Assembly (NCBI GenBank): GCA_016699695.1
Contig: CP065006.1
Coordinates: 2,589,435 to 2,653,434 of the forward strand
Origin: Bacteroidota bacterium
GTDB lineage: Bacteria; Bacteroidota; Bacteroidia; Bacteroidales; UBA10428
Reading direction: 5' to 3'
DNA length: 64,000 nucleotides
Every line of letters starts with the position of its first letter. Position 1 is the stretch's first letter. The position numbers and the translations under genes are program-made. Shown here piece after piece: positions 27,819 through 37,872 of the stretch. The notes below the pieces were generated by a model, which was not told the DNA's origin, searched no databases, and saw only the letters and a list, made by a program, of their open reading frames with translations.

Positions 27819-28632
27819 TGGGCAGGTTTTCTTCTAATGTCTGTTGTTCTTCTCTTAAAATGTTTTTAATGACAAAAACAGAGTTAAGTCGTTTGAAGTC
27901 TGTGAACAGGTTAACTGTTATGTTGTAATTGATACCTCTCAGAATTTCGTAATCAGCAATAGTACCAATGGGAATTCCCTGAGGAAAGATGGCTGTATTT
28001 CCACTCGTTTCGATGGTATCGCCAATTTGCAAACTGGCATGAAGGGGAATATCGCGCAATACTGCCTGCATGTAGTTTTTGCCATTCCATTCGAGGTATC
28101 CAAAAAAATTCGATCCTCTTATTCGGGCGTTGGGAAAAAATTCGCGGTTCAGAATCGGAATGACCGATGCGAAGTGGTCACTCGAGGTTTTTACTATGCC
28201 AACAAGGCCTTCAGGGCCAATAACTCCCATGTCTTTCTCAATCCCATGTATCCTTCCCCGGTTAATGGTGAGGTAATTGTATTGTTTATTCACCGAATTA
28301 TTAATTACAGTGGCCGGAATGTATTGGTATTGCTGAATACCAATTGTGTTTACAAAAGATTCGTCCTTAATGCTGTAAACCGATAGGGGAAGGGCATGAT
28401 ACAACCTGGCATTTTCAATCACAAGCGCCTGATTTTGTTTTTCGAGCGACAAGTATTTCGAATAGTTAGAAAACCGGTTCGACAGGTTGCCAACAATAGA
28501 ATGCCTGATGCTGTAAAAGCGGGCATTCTGATAACTATTGTGCCGCATCAGCATTGAAAACGCAATTATCTCGAGGAAAATAAATAATATCAGCAGATGT
28601 TGCTTAAGTAAAAAGCGTAATAAATTCCTCAT
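27811..28632 (-). CDS. mreC: rod shape-determining protein MreC
   Basis: 273 aa with an N-terminal TM segment plus coiled coil and GPEGLVGIV-type beta domains. It lies downstream of mreB. Confidence 0.85.
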   Translation of the reverse strand: MRNLLRFLLKQHLLILFIFLEIIAFSMLMRHNSYQNARFYSIRHSIVGNLSNRFSNYSKYLSLEKQNQALVIENARLYHALPLSVYSIKDESFVNTIGIQQYQYIPATVINNSVNKQYNYLTINRGRIHGIEKDMGVIGPEGLVGIVKTSSDHFASVIPILNREFFPNARIRGSNFFGYLEWNGKNYMQAVLRDIPLHASLQIGDTIETSGNTAIFPQGIPIGTIADYEILRGINYNITVNLFTDFKRLNSVFVIKNILREEQQTLEENLPND

Positions 28633-28643
28633 TCAACATTTTT

Positions 28644-29666
28644 TTAGCGGATAAGGAACTTAAATTTATCGACGTTTTTAAGCGCAATTCCTGTACCTCT
28701 GGCCACTGCATGCAGCGGATCTTCGGCCACATGGAAGGGGATGTTGATTTTGTCGGTAAGACGTTTATCCAGTCCGCGAAGCAAGGCTCCACCTCCGGCA
28801 AGATAAATTCCTTTCGATACGATATCGGCATAGAGTTCAGGGGGTGTTTGTTCCAACACGGCAATAATGGCCGATTCAACTTTCGAGAGCGATTTGTCGA
28901 GGCAATGCGATATTTCCTGGTAAGAAACCGGAACCTCGATGGGCATGGCGGTCATCAGGTTGGGTCCGCGAACACTAAAATCGGTAGGAGGTTCGTCAAG
29001 GTCGGGCAGGGCAGAGCCTACATTTAGCTTTATATCTTCGGCTGTTCTCTCGCCTATTTTAATGTTGTGCTGATGGCGCATATAGGCTTGTATGTCGGCT
29101 GTGAATCCATCGCCGGCAATACGGATACTTTGGTTGCATACAATACCTCCTAATGCAATTACGGCAATTTCGGTTGTGCCACCTCCGATATCCACCACCA
29201 TGCTACCTTCAGGTGCTTCTACATCAATGCCAATACCCAGCGCGGCCGCCATTGGTTCGTAGATCATGTACACATCGCGACCACCAGCATGTTCCGACGA
29301 GTCACGCACAGCACGTATCTCAACCTCTGTACTTCCTGACGGAATGCATACTACCATGCGAAGGGTGGGGGTTAAGAAACGCTGACCGGGATTAATCATT
29401 TTTATCATACCCCGAATCATCTGTTCTGCTGCATTAAAGTCAGCAATTACTCCATCACGCAATGGGCGGATGGTTTTAATGTTTTCGTGTGTTTTCCCGT
29501 GCATTTGCCGGGCAACCTGACCGATGGCAATGAGCTTACCGGTAGATTGTTCAATGGCAACAATCGAAGGTTCGTCGACAACAATTTTATCGTTGTAGAT
29601 GATTATTGTGTTGGCTGTTCCAAGGTCGATAGCCAGTTCTTGAGTTAAGAATGAGAAAAATCCCAT
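28644..29666 (-). CDS. mreB: rod shape-determining protein MreB
   Basis: 340 aa with LAIDLGTANT, VVDIGGGTTE and GIYLAGGGALLRGLD actin-fold motifs. Confidence 0.95.
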   Translation of the reverse strand: MGFFSFLTQELAIDLGTANTIIIYNDKIVVDEPSIVAIEQSTGKLIAIGQVARQMHGKTHENIKTIRPLRDGVIADFNAAEQMIRGMIKMINPGQRFLTPTLRMVVCIPSGSTEVEIRAVRDSSEHAGGRDVYMIYEPMAAALGIGIDVEAPEGSMVVDIGGGTTEIAVIALGGIVCNQSIRIAGDGFTADIQAYMRHQHNIKIGERTAEDIKLNVGSALPDLDEPPTDFSVRGPNLMTAMPIEVPVSYQEISHCLDKSLSKVESAIIAVLEQTPPELYADIVSKGIYLAGGGALLRGLDKRLTDKINIPFHVAEDPLHAVARGTGIALKNVDKFKFLIR

Positions 29667-29682
29667 GGGTATTTATTGTTTT

Positions 29683-31206
29683 TTAGTGTTTAAAATGTCT
29701 TACTCCTGTTAATACCATAGCCATGTTATGCTGGTCGCAATAATCTATCGAATCTTTATCGCGAATGGAGCCTCCTGGCTGCACTACGGCTGTTATACCT
29801 GCTTCGTGAGCAATTTCCACACAATCGGGGAAAGGGAAAAAAGCGTCTGAAGCCATTACTGCACCTCGCAAATCGAAATTAAAGTTTCGTGCTTTTTCGA
29901 TGGCTTGTCTTAGCGCATCAACCCGCGAAGTTTGCCCTACTCCACTGGCGCAAAGTTGTTTCCCTTTTGCCAGCACAATGGTGTTGGATTTCGATTGTTT
30001 TACCAGTTTGTTCGCAAATTCAAGATCGTTAAACTCATTATCGGTGGGTTTACGATTAGTAACGGTTTCCATTTTTTCCCGGCCTTCCATTGACATATCG
30101 CGGTCTTGTTCTACAACACCGTTCAGCAAGGTTCTGAATTGCGTCGGAGGTAGTGCACATTCTTTACGAATCAGAATAATGCGATTTTTTTTACTTTTTA
30201 AAATTTCAAGTGCCTGGTTATTGTAGGAGGGAGCTATCACTACCTCGAAAAACAGGCTGTTCATCTCCTCTGCAGTTTCTGCATCAATGGTCCGGTTGGA
30301 GATTAATATGCCCCCAAATGCCGATACGGGGTCGCCGGCAAGTGCATCTTTATAGGCATCGACCAGTTTTTTCCGGCTGGCCATTCCACAGGCATTGTTG
30401 TGTTTGAGAATTGCAAAACTGGTATCTTTAAATTCGTCGATGAGGTTAATGGCTGCTTCAATATCCAGGAGGTTGTTGTACGATATTTCTTTGCCATGCA
30501 GCTGTTCGAACAAGGCATCGAAATTACCAAAAAACCTTCCTTTCTGATGCGGGTTTTCTCCGTAGCGCAATTCCATCGATTGCTGAATGCTCTGTTTGAA
30601 CACAGGTTTGTTGAAGGCAGAATTGAAATAGTTGAAAATGGCTGTATCGTAATGAGACGATACCTGAAAAGCCTCCATAGCAAGTTCCCGGCGTTGGTCC
30701 AGCGTAGTGGTGCCAGATGCATTAAGAATATCGAGTAGGTAGTTGTATTGTTTTTGAGAAGCGACTATTACCACATCTTTAAAATTTTTGGCCGCTGCCC
30801 GAATTAATGAGATGCCTCCAATGTCAATTTTTTCGATGATATCCTGTTCCGATGCTCCGGAAGCCAGGGTTTCTTCAAAAGGATAGAGGTCTACAATTAT
30901 CAGGTCAATCTCGGGGATATCATATTTGATGAGTTGCTCTTTATCGCCGGCTTCATCGCGACGACTTAAAATACCACCGAAAACTTTCGGATGCAAAGTT
31001 TTTACGCGGCCGCTTAATATCGAAGGGTATCCGGTAAGGTCTTCCACTGAATCGACCTTGATACCCAATTCCTCGATAAAACTTTGAGTGCCGCCTGTTG
31101 AAATAATTCTTACGCCTTGTTCATTTAATTTTTTACAAATCTCGTCAAGGTTGTTTTTATGATAAACGGATATCAGCGCTGATTTTATGGCTTTTTCTCT
31201 ACTCAT
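29683..31206 (-). CDS. purH: bifunctional AICAR formyltransferase / IMP cyclohydrolase
   Basis: 507 aa with ALISVYHKNNL...ISTGGT...GRVKTLHPKVFGGIL and a C-terminal ...VVQPGGSIRD...MVLTGVRHFKH. Confidence 0.95.
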   Translation of the reverse strand: MSREKAIKSALISVYHKNNLDEICKKLNEQGVRIISTGGTQSFIEELGIKVDSVEDLTGYPSILSGRVKTLHPKVFGGILSRRDEAGDKEQLIKYDIPEIDLIIVDLYPFEETLASGASEQDIIEKIDIGGISLIRAAAKNFKDVVIVASQKQYNYLLDILNASGTTTLDQRRELAMEAFQVSSHYDTAIFNYFNSAFNKPVFKQSIQQSMELRYGENPHQKGRFFGNFDALFEQLHGKEISYNNLLDIEAAINLIDEFKDTSFAILKHNNACGMASRKKLVDAYKDALAGDPVSAFGGILISNRTIDAETAEEMNSLFFEVVIAPSYNNQALEILKSKKNRIILIRKECALPPTQFRTLLNGVVEQDRDMSMEGREKMETVTNRKPTDNEFNDLEFANKLVKQSKSNTIVLAKGKQLCASGVGQTSRVDALRQAIEKARNFNFDLRGAVMASDAFFPFPDCVEIAHEAGITAVVQPGGSIRDKDSIDYCDQHNMAMVLTGVRHFKH

Positions 31207-31339
31207 AATTGTTGTTTCTAATTGGCATCGGTGTGCTTTTTCGAATTGTTGCGAAAGATATAATTTTTTTGTCTACCAATGGGCTAGTTTGTGCTCTGAA
31301 GTATTCAACATTGTATAAACATTTCTATCGGGAGTTTGA

Positions 31340-32707
31340 TTATTGGATAGCCATAAAAATAAGCCTGCCTATGCTCATGTATATCACAATACCAAATACA
31401 TCGTTCATGGTAGTAACAAAAGGACCGGTAGCTAATGCCGGATCAATTTTAAAACGGTTCAGTAACATGGGAATAAAGGCTCCAAAAACCGAAGCAAACA
31501 TCATAACCGTGAAAAGAGACAGGCTGACCATGATGGTAAGGTTTAGTCCGGTGCTGAAGAAATAATTGTAAACAAAGATGAGAATGGAGAAAATGGCAGC
31601 ATTAAAAAATGCCACACTTACTTCCTTAACTAGTTTTTTCCAGGTCGAATCGAGGTTCAGCGTTTTGTTGGCAATACCCTGCACCACAATGGAGGAGGAT
31701 TGTACTCCCACATTTCCGCCCATGGCAGCAATAAGCGGGATAAACATGGCCATTTGCGGATAGGTCGATATCTGCCCCTCGAAGCGACTGATTACCTGTG
31801 CTCCCAATATACCTCCAGTCAAGCCAATAAAAAGCCATGGAATGCGGGCTCTTGTAAGGAGAAATACGTTGTCCGAAGTTTCAACATCTTCCGACAGACC
31901 CGATATCATCTGGTAATCTTTTTCGGCTTCTTCTTTAATAATGTCCACCACGTCATCGATGGTAATGCGCCCGATGAGCCGCCCTAAAATATCTATTACA
32001 GGCAGAGCTACAAGGTCGTATTTTTCCATTACCAGGGCAACTTCTTTCGAAGGGGTATCGGCCAATACCGAGATTACATTGTCGTTATAAATGTTTTTTA
32101 TTTTGGCATTAGGCCGGGTTACGAGCATTCTTTTGAGCGATAAAGTACCCTTTAAAATGCCATCGTCGTCGATGACATAGACATAGTAAATTTCATCTAT
32201 TTCAGCAGCTTGTTTGCGCATTTCGCGCATGCAGGTAACAAGGTCCCAGTTAATGTTCACCTTAATAAGTTCCTTGGCCATAAGGCCTCCGGCGGTATCT
32301 TCGTCATAGTTCAGCAGATCGGCTATATCACCTGCCTGTTCAGCATCTTCTATGCTTTGTAGAATTTCCGTTTTCTTGGCATCCGAAAGTTCGTTCAGCA
32401 CATCGGCAGCATCGTCCGAATCGAGTTTCTCGATAAATTGGTGCGCGATCACATGACCCGGGAGTGTTTCAAGAAACTGTTCACGCACATCCTCTTCGAG
32501 TTCCATCAACACATCGGCAGCCTTTTCGCTGTCGAGCAGCAAATGAATGTATCGGGCCTGATCGATACTTAATTCGTGGTAAATATCTGCAATATCAACC
32601 GGATGCAGGGCATCGATGAGCTTGTGGACAGTAACGCTTTCGTCATTTTCAATAGCCTCAATCAGTGTATCAAGGAACTCGTTTGTTAAATTGAAATTTG
32701 ATGCCAT
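31340..32707 (-). CDS. mgtE: magnesium transporter MgtE
   Basis: 455 aa with an MgtE N-domain, tandem CBS domains and a C-terminal TM domain (PLIAAMGGNVGVQSS, DPALATGPFVTT). Confidence 0.9.
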   Translation of the reverse strand: MASNFNLTNEFLDTLIEAIENDESVTVHKLIDALHPVDIADIYHELSIDQARYIHLLLDSEKAADVLMELEEDVREQFLETLPGHVIAHQFIEKLDSDDAADVLNELSDAKKTEILQSIEDAEQAGDIADLLNYDEDTAGGLMAKELIKVNINWDLVTCMREMRKQAAEIDEIYYVYVIDDDGILKGTLSLKRMLVTRPNAKIKNIYNDNVISVLADTPSKEVALVMEKYDLVALPVIDILGRLIGRITIDDVVDIIKEEAEKDYQMISGLSEDVETSDNVFLLTRARIPWLFIGLTGGILGAQVISRFEGQISTYPQMAMFIPLIAAMGGNVGVQSSSIVVQGIANKTLNLDSTWKKLVKEVSVAFFNAAIFSILIFVYNYFFSTGLNLTIMVSLSLFTVMMFASVFGAFIPMLLNRFKIDPALATGPFVTTMNDVFGIVIYMSIGRLIFMAIQ

Positions 32708-32715
32708 GGCAAATA

Positions 32716-33486
32716 TTATTCGGTTTTCGATCCGTAAATTAACTGTGTAAGCTCAATAAACTCTTCCACACTCAGTTGTTCAGGTCTTTTTCCCATCATT
32801 TCCTTATCCATCTCCAAATTTATACAAATATTTTTGAGCGAGTTGCGTAGAGTTTTTCTACGTTGGTTGAACGCTTGTTTTACTACAGCCTTTAACTGAA
32901 GGTGGTTGCATGTTAAATGGTTACGCTGGTTTCGGGTCAGCCGTATCACCGCCGATTTTACTTTGGGAGGGGGGTTGAAACAATGCTCGTGTACCGTAAA
33001 AAGATAATCGATGTCGTACCAGGTTTGCAGCAAGACGCTAAGTATTCCATAGGTTTTGCTACCCGGAGGAGCTGCTATTCTTTCCGCCACCTCTTTCTGA
33101 ATCATACACACTACTTCGTTTACTTGTGTGTAATTTTCAAGTACTTTAAAAAATATCTGACTCGAAATATAATAAGGCAAATTTCCAATTAAAGCCAGGG
33201 GCGCATCGAATTGCGCAAAATCGAGTTTTAGAATGTCCGCGGCAATAATAAAATCGTTTTGCGGAAAATGCTGTTGAAGGTAAAGAATGGATTCGCTATC
33301 AATTTCTGCAGCCTTAAAATGTGCATGCCTTGTTATAAGGTATTCGGTTAATACCCCCATACCCGGACCTATTTCAAGAACAGTTCGGCAACCTTCGCCT
33401 GTTAAAGAGTCCACAATCTTTAATGCAATGTTTTTATCGGTAAGAAAGTGTTGTCCGATCGATTTTTTGGGTCTTACCTTTTGCAC
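32716..33486 (-). CDS. rsmA: 16S rRNA (adenine1518/1519-N6)-dimethyltransferase RsmA/KsgA
   Basis: 256 aa with KSIGQHFLTD...VLEIGPGMGVLT...IGNLPYYISS. Confidence 0.9.
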   Translation of the reverse strand: MQKVRPKKSIGQHFLTDKNIALKIVDSLTGEGCRTVLEIGPGMGVLTEYLITRHAHFKAAEIDSESILYLQQHFPQNDFIIAADILKLDFAQFDAPLALIGNLPYYISSQIFFKVLENYTQVNEVVCMIQKEVAERIAAPPGSKTYGILSVLLQTWYDIDYLFTVHEHCFNPPPKVKSAVIRLTRNQRNHLTCNHLQLKAVVKQAFNQRRKTLRNSLKNICINLEMDKEMMGKRPEQLSVEEFIELTQLIYGSKTE

Positions 33487-33662
33487 AAGCTTTTAGAATT
33501 AATTTTCGGCCTAAAGGTAAGCTTTTAGATGTTTTATTTTTCGAAGGAATAGAATTTCGGTTAGTTCTTTTTGCCAGGGATTTTTTTTGCGGCAAACTTT
33601 TTTGCACTTCGCCTTGTTATTCGTTTTCTTGTACCGAAATACCTATTTTTGAAGAAAAAAGC

Positions 33663-34835
33663 ATGGCACATAATTTCGATGAGCTTATTGATCGTGAAGG
33701 CACTCACAGTTACAAATACCTTTTAAGGCAAAAGATGTTTGGAACCTCGGAGGTTTACCCCATGTGGGTTGCCGATACCGAATACAGAATTCCTTCTTTT
33801 ATTACAGAAGCCATGCAAAAAAGAATGGACCATGGTATTTTTGGATATACCCTGCTCGACGATGACTATTACAATTCTATTATTAATTGGGTAGAGGCTC
33901 AACATCAGTACCGTATAAAAAAGGAATGGATAAAATTTTCTCCAGGCGTGGTGCCTTCTGTTTTTGCATCGGTGCTGGCATTTACCGAAGTATCGGACAA
34001 GGTAATTATACAACCTCCTGTTTATCATCCATTCTATTCGGCAATAAAAGAAACAGGCCGACAACTGGTTTTAAACCCGCTCAAACTGGTAAATGGTCGC
34101 TACCAAATGGACTTTGACGATCTGAAAGCCAAGATTGACGGCCAAACAAAGCTGATTATTCTTTGTAGTCCTCATAACCCAACTGGCAATGTATGGAAAG
34201 AAGCCGAAATACGCGAATTATGCGAGATTTGCCTGAATAACGGCATCAAAATTATATCTGATGAGATACACGCCGACATAGTTTACCAGGGGCATAAACA
34301 CCTTCCAACCGCTTCGCTTTCAGAGGCCATTGCACAACAAACCCTTACGCTGATGGCCCCAAGCAAAACTTTTAATATTGCTGGTCTTAACTCATCGTAT
34401 GCTTTTTCTTCGAACCCTGAACTGCTCCAAAAATTCTCTCACTATTTCGAGGGCATGCACATTGGGCCCAATATTTTTGCCATCGAAGCTACCAAGGCAG
34501 CCTATTTTCATGGCAAAGAATGGCTTGGGGAGTTGTTGGATTATTATACTGAAACCATCGAAATGGTTCGCGGTGCCATAAGCAGTAAGCTTAAAAACAT
34601 TACCCTTGTATCACCCGAAGCCACTTTTTTGTTGTGGCTTGATTTCAGAAAAACTGGGCTTTCCCGCAAGGAAATTAATCAGATATTGATTCATGAAGCA
34701 CATCTGGGTTTTAGTGATGGTTTTATGTTTGGGCCTGAAGGAGAAGGTTTTTGGCGCATGAACATCGGATGTGCCCGAAGCAAAGTGGAAGAAGCATTGT
34801 TTAATCTGTCGAAAATTGACAAATTTGTCCGCTAA
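33663..34835 (+). CDS. MalY/PatB-type PLP-dependent C-S lyase (cystathionine beta-lyase-like aminotransferase class I/II)
   Basis: 390 aa with ...LCSPHNPTGNVW...ISDEIHADIVY...APSKTFNIAGL (PLP Lys). Confidence 0.8.
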   Translation: MAHNFDELIDREGTHSYKYLLRQKMFGTSEVYPMWVADTEYRIPSFITEAMQKRMDHGIFGYTLLDDDYYNSIINWVEAQHQYRIKKEWIKFSPGVVPSVFASVLAFTEVSDKVIIQPPVYHPFYSAIKETGRQLVLNPLKLVNGRYQMDFDDLKAKIDGQTKLIILCSPHNPTGNVWKEAEIRELCEICLNNGIKIISDEIHADIVYQGHKHLPTASLSEAIAQQTLTLMAPSKTFNIAGLNSSYAFSSNPELLQKFSHYFEGMHIGPNIFAIEATKAAYFHGKEWLGELLDYYTETIEMVRGAISSKLKNITLVSPEATFLLWLDFRKTGLSRKEINQILIHEAHLGFSDGFMFGPEGEGFWRMNIGCARSKVEEALFNLSKIDKFVR

Positions 34836-34930
34836 GCAGCAATTGTCCATATTGTTGAAACTTACTTTCAGCAGTTGAACTTTTTTTGCTATATTAGTTA
34901 ACTGAAATACACACACCTCAGATTAGTGAC

Positions 34931-36568
34931 ATGAGATTGAAAATTGCTACTAAAATTATTCTGGGCTTTGGGGTTATGACCGCTGCCGTGATACTTAATT
35001 CGGTCCTGATCAGCAATGCCCTGACTCAAAGCCGCAAAACCAACGAAGAAATAAACAATGTGTATACTCCTTCGGTAGAAATCATCAGGGAGCTTTATTC
35101 GAATATCTCCGATTCGCGCATGCTGATTAAATCGTGGGTACATATTGATAAGATTGCCGATACACCTGACAAAATAAAACTTCAGGAACTCCATTCGGGA
35201 GGGTATACAAAAATGATGGATTCGCTTATGGTGTTGAGTGAATTCTGGCTCAACGATACCCTTGTGATGCAATTGGAAAATATCAATTTATCCATTACCG
35301 ATACTCTTTTCCCCAAGCATAAGTACATTATGCAGGCGCTCGACAACTTTATTAATTACGAGGATCCATTTGTTATTTTTGAGGTAACACCCATGGTGGA
35401 GGATAAAGGTGAAGTGATGGAGGCTACTGCAAGTGCACTCAATCATATTCAGGATTTAATGGTAGAACTGGAAGCTCTCATTCTTGCCAAGCGTGTCGAA
35501 ATGGTGGATTCACTAAACCGCTTACGGAGTTTTATTTTTATCATGCTCATTTTGCTGATTATAGCTGCAGTGGCAATTAGCTCTGTTACCACTCTGTCAC
35601 TTTCGCGGCCTATCAATAAAACTAAAAACATATTGCTGTCTATCAGCAAAGGTATCCTACCTGAAATTACTCTTCGCGAAGGAAACGATGAAATTGGTCA
35701 GATGTCGAAGGCCCTGGGTTTGGTAGTGAATAGTTTAAAAGAAGTTTCGGACTTTACCCAGGAAATAGGAAAGGGTAATTTCTCCAGAGCTTTCACCCCT
35801 CTAAGCGACGAGGACGTTCTGGGTCACTCTTTGCTTGAAATGCGCAACGAATTGCAAATTGCCAAAGCGGAAGAGGAAAAAAGAACCGAAGAAAACCGCC
35901 AGCGTACCTGGGCTTCGCAGGGCGTGGCATTGTTTAGCGATATTTTACGGTCCAACAACGACAATCTTGCTCAGCTCTCGTTTGAGATTATCAGCAACAT
36001 GGTTAATTATACCGGTTCGAACCAGGGCGGTATTTTTATTCTCAACGACAACGACCACGAGAATATGTTCCTCGAAATGAGTGCCTGTTATGCCTACGAC
36101 AGACAAAAGTTTCTGAAAAAACGCATTGAGGTTGGCGAAGGCCTGGTTGGCCGCTGTTTCCAGGAGAAGGAACGTATCTTACTCACCGATATTCCTTCGG
36201 ATTACATCAAAATCTCCTCTGGTTTGGGCGAGGTTAATCCGAATTGTTTGTTATTGATTCCGCTTGCGTATAACGACCGGATATTTGGTATCATGGAAAT
36301 AGCTTCTGTAAACACCTATCAATCTTTCGAAATTGAGTTTATGGAACGCATTGGAGAAAGTATTGCAGCGACTATTTCTTCCGTTAAAAGTAACATACAA
36401 ACCCAGATGCTGCTGGAGCAATCGCAACAACAAGCTGAAGAAATGTCGGCACAGGAAGAAGAAATGCGCCAGAACATGGAAGAGCTTCGAGCCACACAAG
36501 AACAATCGGCTCGCCGCGAGCAAGATCTTATGCGTGAGCTGGAAGAGTTGCGTAAGAGGCTTAATTAA
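34931..36568 (+). CDS. membrane sensor protein: periplasmic 4-helix-like domain, HAMP, GAF, C-terminal coiled coil; no recognisable output domain
   Basis: 545 aa with two TM segments, a HAMP region (RPINKTKNILLSISKG...IGQMSKALGLVVNSLKEV), a GAF region (GGIFILN...GEGLVGRCFQEKERILLTDIP...LLLIPLAYNDRIFGIMEIAS) and the tail QQQAEEMSAQEEEMRQNMEELRATQEQ. Confidence 0.75.
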   Translation: MRLKIATKIILGFGVMTAAVILNSVLISNALTQSRKTNEEINNVYTPSVEIIRELYSNISDSRMLIKSWVHIDKIADTPDKIKLQELHSGGYTKMMDSLMVLSEFWLNDTLVMQLENINLSITDTLFPKHKYIMQALDNFINYEDPFVIFEVTPMVEDKGEVMEATASALNHIQDLMVELEALILAKRVEMVDSLNRLRSFIFIMLILLIIAAVAISSVTTLSLSRPINKTKNILLSISKGILPEITLREGNDEIGQMSKALGLVVNSLKEVSDFTQEIGKGNFSRAFTPLSDEDVLGHSLLEMRNELQIAKAEEEKRTEENRQRTWASQGVALFSDILRSNNDNLAQLSFEIISNMVNYTGSNQGGIFILNDNDHENMFLEMSACYAYDRQKFLKKRIEVGEGLVGRCFQEKERILLTDIPSDYIKISSGLGEVNPNCLLLIPLAYNDRIFGIMEIASVNTYQSFEIEFMERIGESIAATISSVKSNIQTQMLLEQSQQQAEEMSAQEEEMRQNMEELRATQEQSARREQDLMRELEELRKRLN

Positions 36569-36604
36569 TAAGTTTGATAGAGTAGAACTTTTATATCTCA
36601 ACTA

Positions 36605-36634
36605 GCCACAAAATTTATTTTGTGGCTTTTTTTT
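36605..36634 (+). terminator. intrinsic terminator of the HAMP-GAF gene
   Basis: gccacaaaa-ttta-ttttgtggc forms a 9-bp stem followed by T8. Confidence 0.7.
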
Positions 36635-36645
36635 GAGGTAATGGT

Positions 36646-36661
36646 GCCAAAAATAGTTGGT
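36646..36661. repeat. IS terminal inverted repeat (gccaaaaatagttggt)
   Basis: Perfect reverse complement of 37873-37888. Confidence 0.8.
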
Positions 36662-36814
36662 GATTATTTGTTTTAAATTTTGTAAAATACAAGAGTAAAT
36701 CTAAAGAGGACTTAGGCTCTGCTGGAGAGCAACCTGATAGCAATAAGATTTACCACGGGAATTGGGCCCTGACTAACAATCAGGGCCTTTTTATTCAATT
36801 TCTGTGATTATGGC

Positions 36815-37793
36815 TTAGAAAACTCTTTGGTTTTTATAGTATAAATACCATCTTATAAAGCTTTTACGATGTTCTTTGGATAGTCCTCGGTGTAGAGTTA
36901 TGTGACTTTTAAGATGTCCAAAAATGACTCTAATCCATTTGTGGATTTTGGAATTCTGTCATTGTCCAGATAATGGAACATATCAGGCAAAGCCTTCTTA
37001 ATAACTGTAAATGAACGCCTAACCATTTTATGAGTGTACCAATACCTTCCAGTATCAAAGTTGTAGCTTTTTTGATCTAAGAATTCCTTATGTTTTTCAT
37101 GCCAGTTGTATAAGTTGACAACCCAATTCCCCCATTGCTCTTTATTCTCAATTTTATGTAACTGGTTTATAATAGTTCTAAGTTCCATACCTGCAATACT
37201 CTTGGGGTTCATTGTAAGCCAGATACGACACATTCTTTGAACATGAATAATACACCGTTGAACGGTTACATGTTTACATACTTTACGAATCGCTTTAAGC
37301 AGTGATTTATGTCCATCGCATGTTATACTTTCTATTTGGACTCCAAGCTTTAATAGATTTTCCAGGTCTTCTTTCATTTCGTCATACCATTCCCCATCAG
37401 TTAATCGATACAACTGTGTGAATTTTATCGTGTTATCTCTGTAAAGAACCAAACAAAGATCTTTACTGAAGTAGGTTCCATCTATCAATAAATTAACCTT
37501 CTCTGATGGCTTAACTGCATATACAGGGGATTGTGAGAGATAATAAGAAAACATTCGCTTAAGCGTCCGCTCAGAGTATCCACTGGATTTGCTTATCTGT
37601 GGTATCGTTTGTCGTCCAATAACCCAATGCTGAAACCAAACTTTTTGATTTGTTTTCTTTGTAAATAGACTAGCATTAGTGAATAATATACCGCAAAATT
37701 GACATTTAAAACGTTGTTTTCCTTGCTGGGTTCCCCATTTGATTACATTCAAACTTTGACATGCCCAACAACGCTTTTTTTTGATGTTTTCAT
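36815..37793 (-). pseudogene. transposase interrupted by two single-base frame changes at homopolymer runs (or recoded)
   Basis: The track ORF 36898..37752 (284 aa) starts at TTG. An upstream ATG at 37793 gives MKTSKK and then an A8 run (T8 on + at 37775-37782). A -1 shift there yields MKTSKKKRCWACQSLNVIKWGTQQGKQRFKCQFCG, a complete CxxC...CxxC Zn ribbon. At the 3' end, one extra T in the T5 run (A5 on + at 36920-36924) converts ...NGLESFLDILKVT* into ...NGLESFFGHLKSHITLHRGLSKEHRKSFIRWYLYYKNQRVF*, with the stop at 36815-36817. Confidence 0.7.
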
Positions 37794-37872
37794 AAATATA
37801 AAAGAGTTAACTGAAACAACTTTCAATTAACTCTTTTGTATCTCAATAGTGACAAGGAATAAAAAACTTTTT

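Noticed and set aside
30303-30722. 139-aa same-strand alternative-frame ORF inside purH
   Set aside because: purH is conserved end to end in its own frame. The alternative frame has no recognisable features.
32708-32715. Looked for an M-box (Mg2+) riboswitch ahead of mgtE
   Set aside because: Only 8 nt separate ksgA and mgtE, so there is no room for a leader. mgtE is simply co-transcribed.
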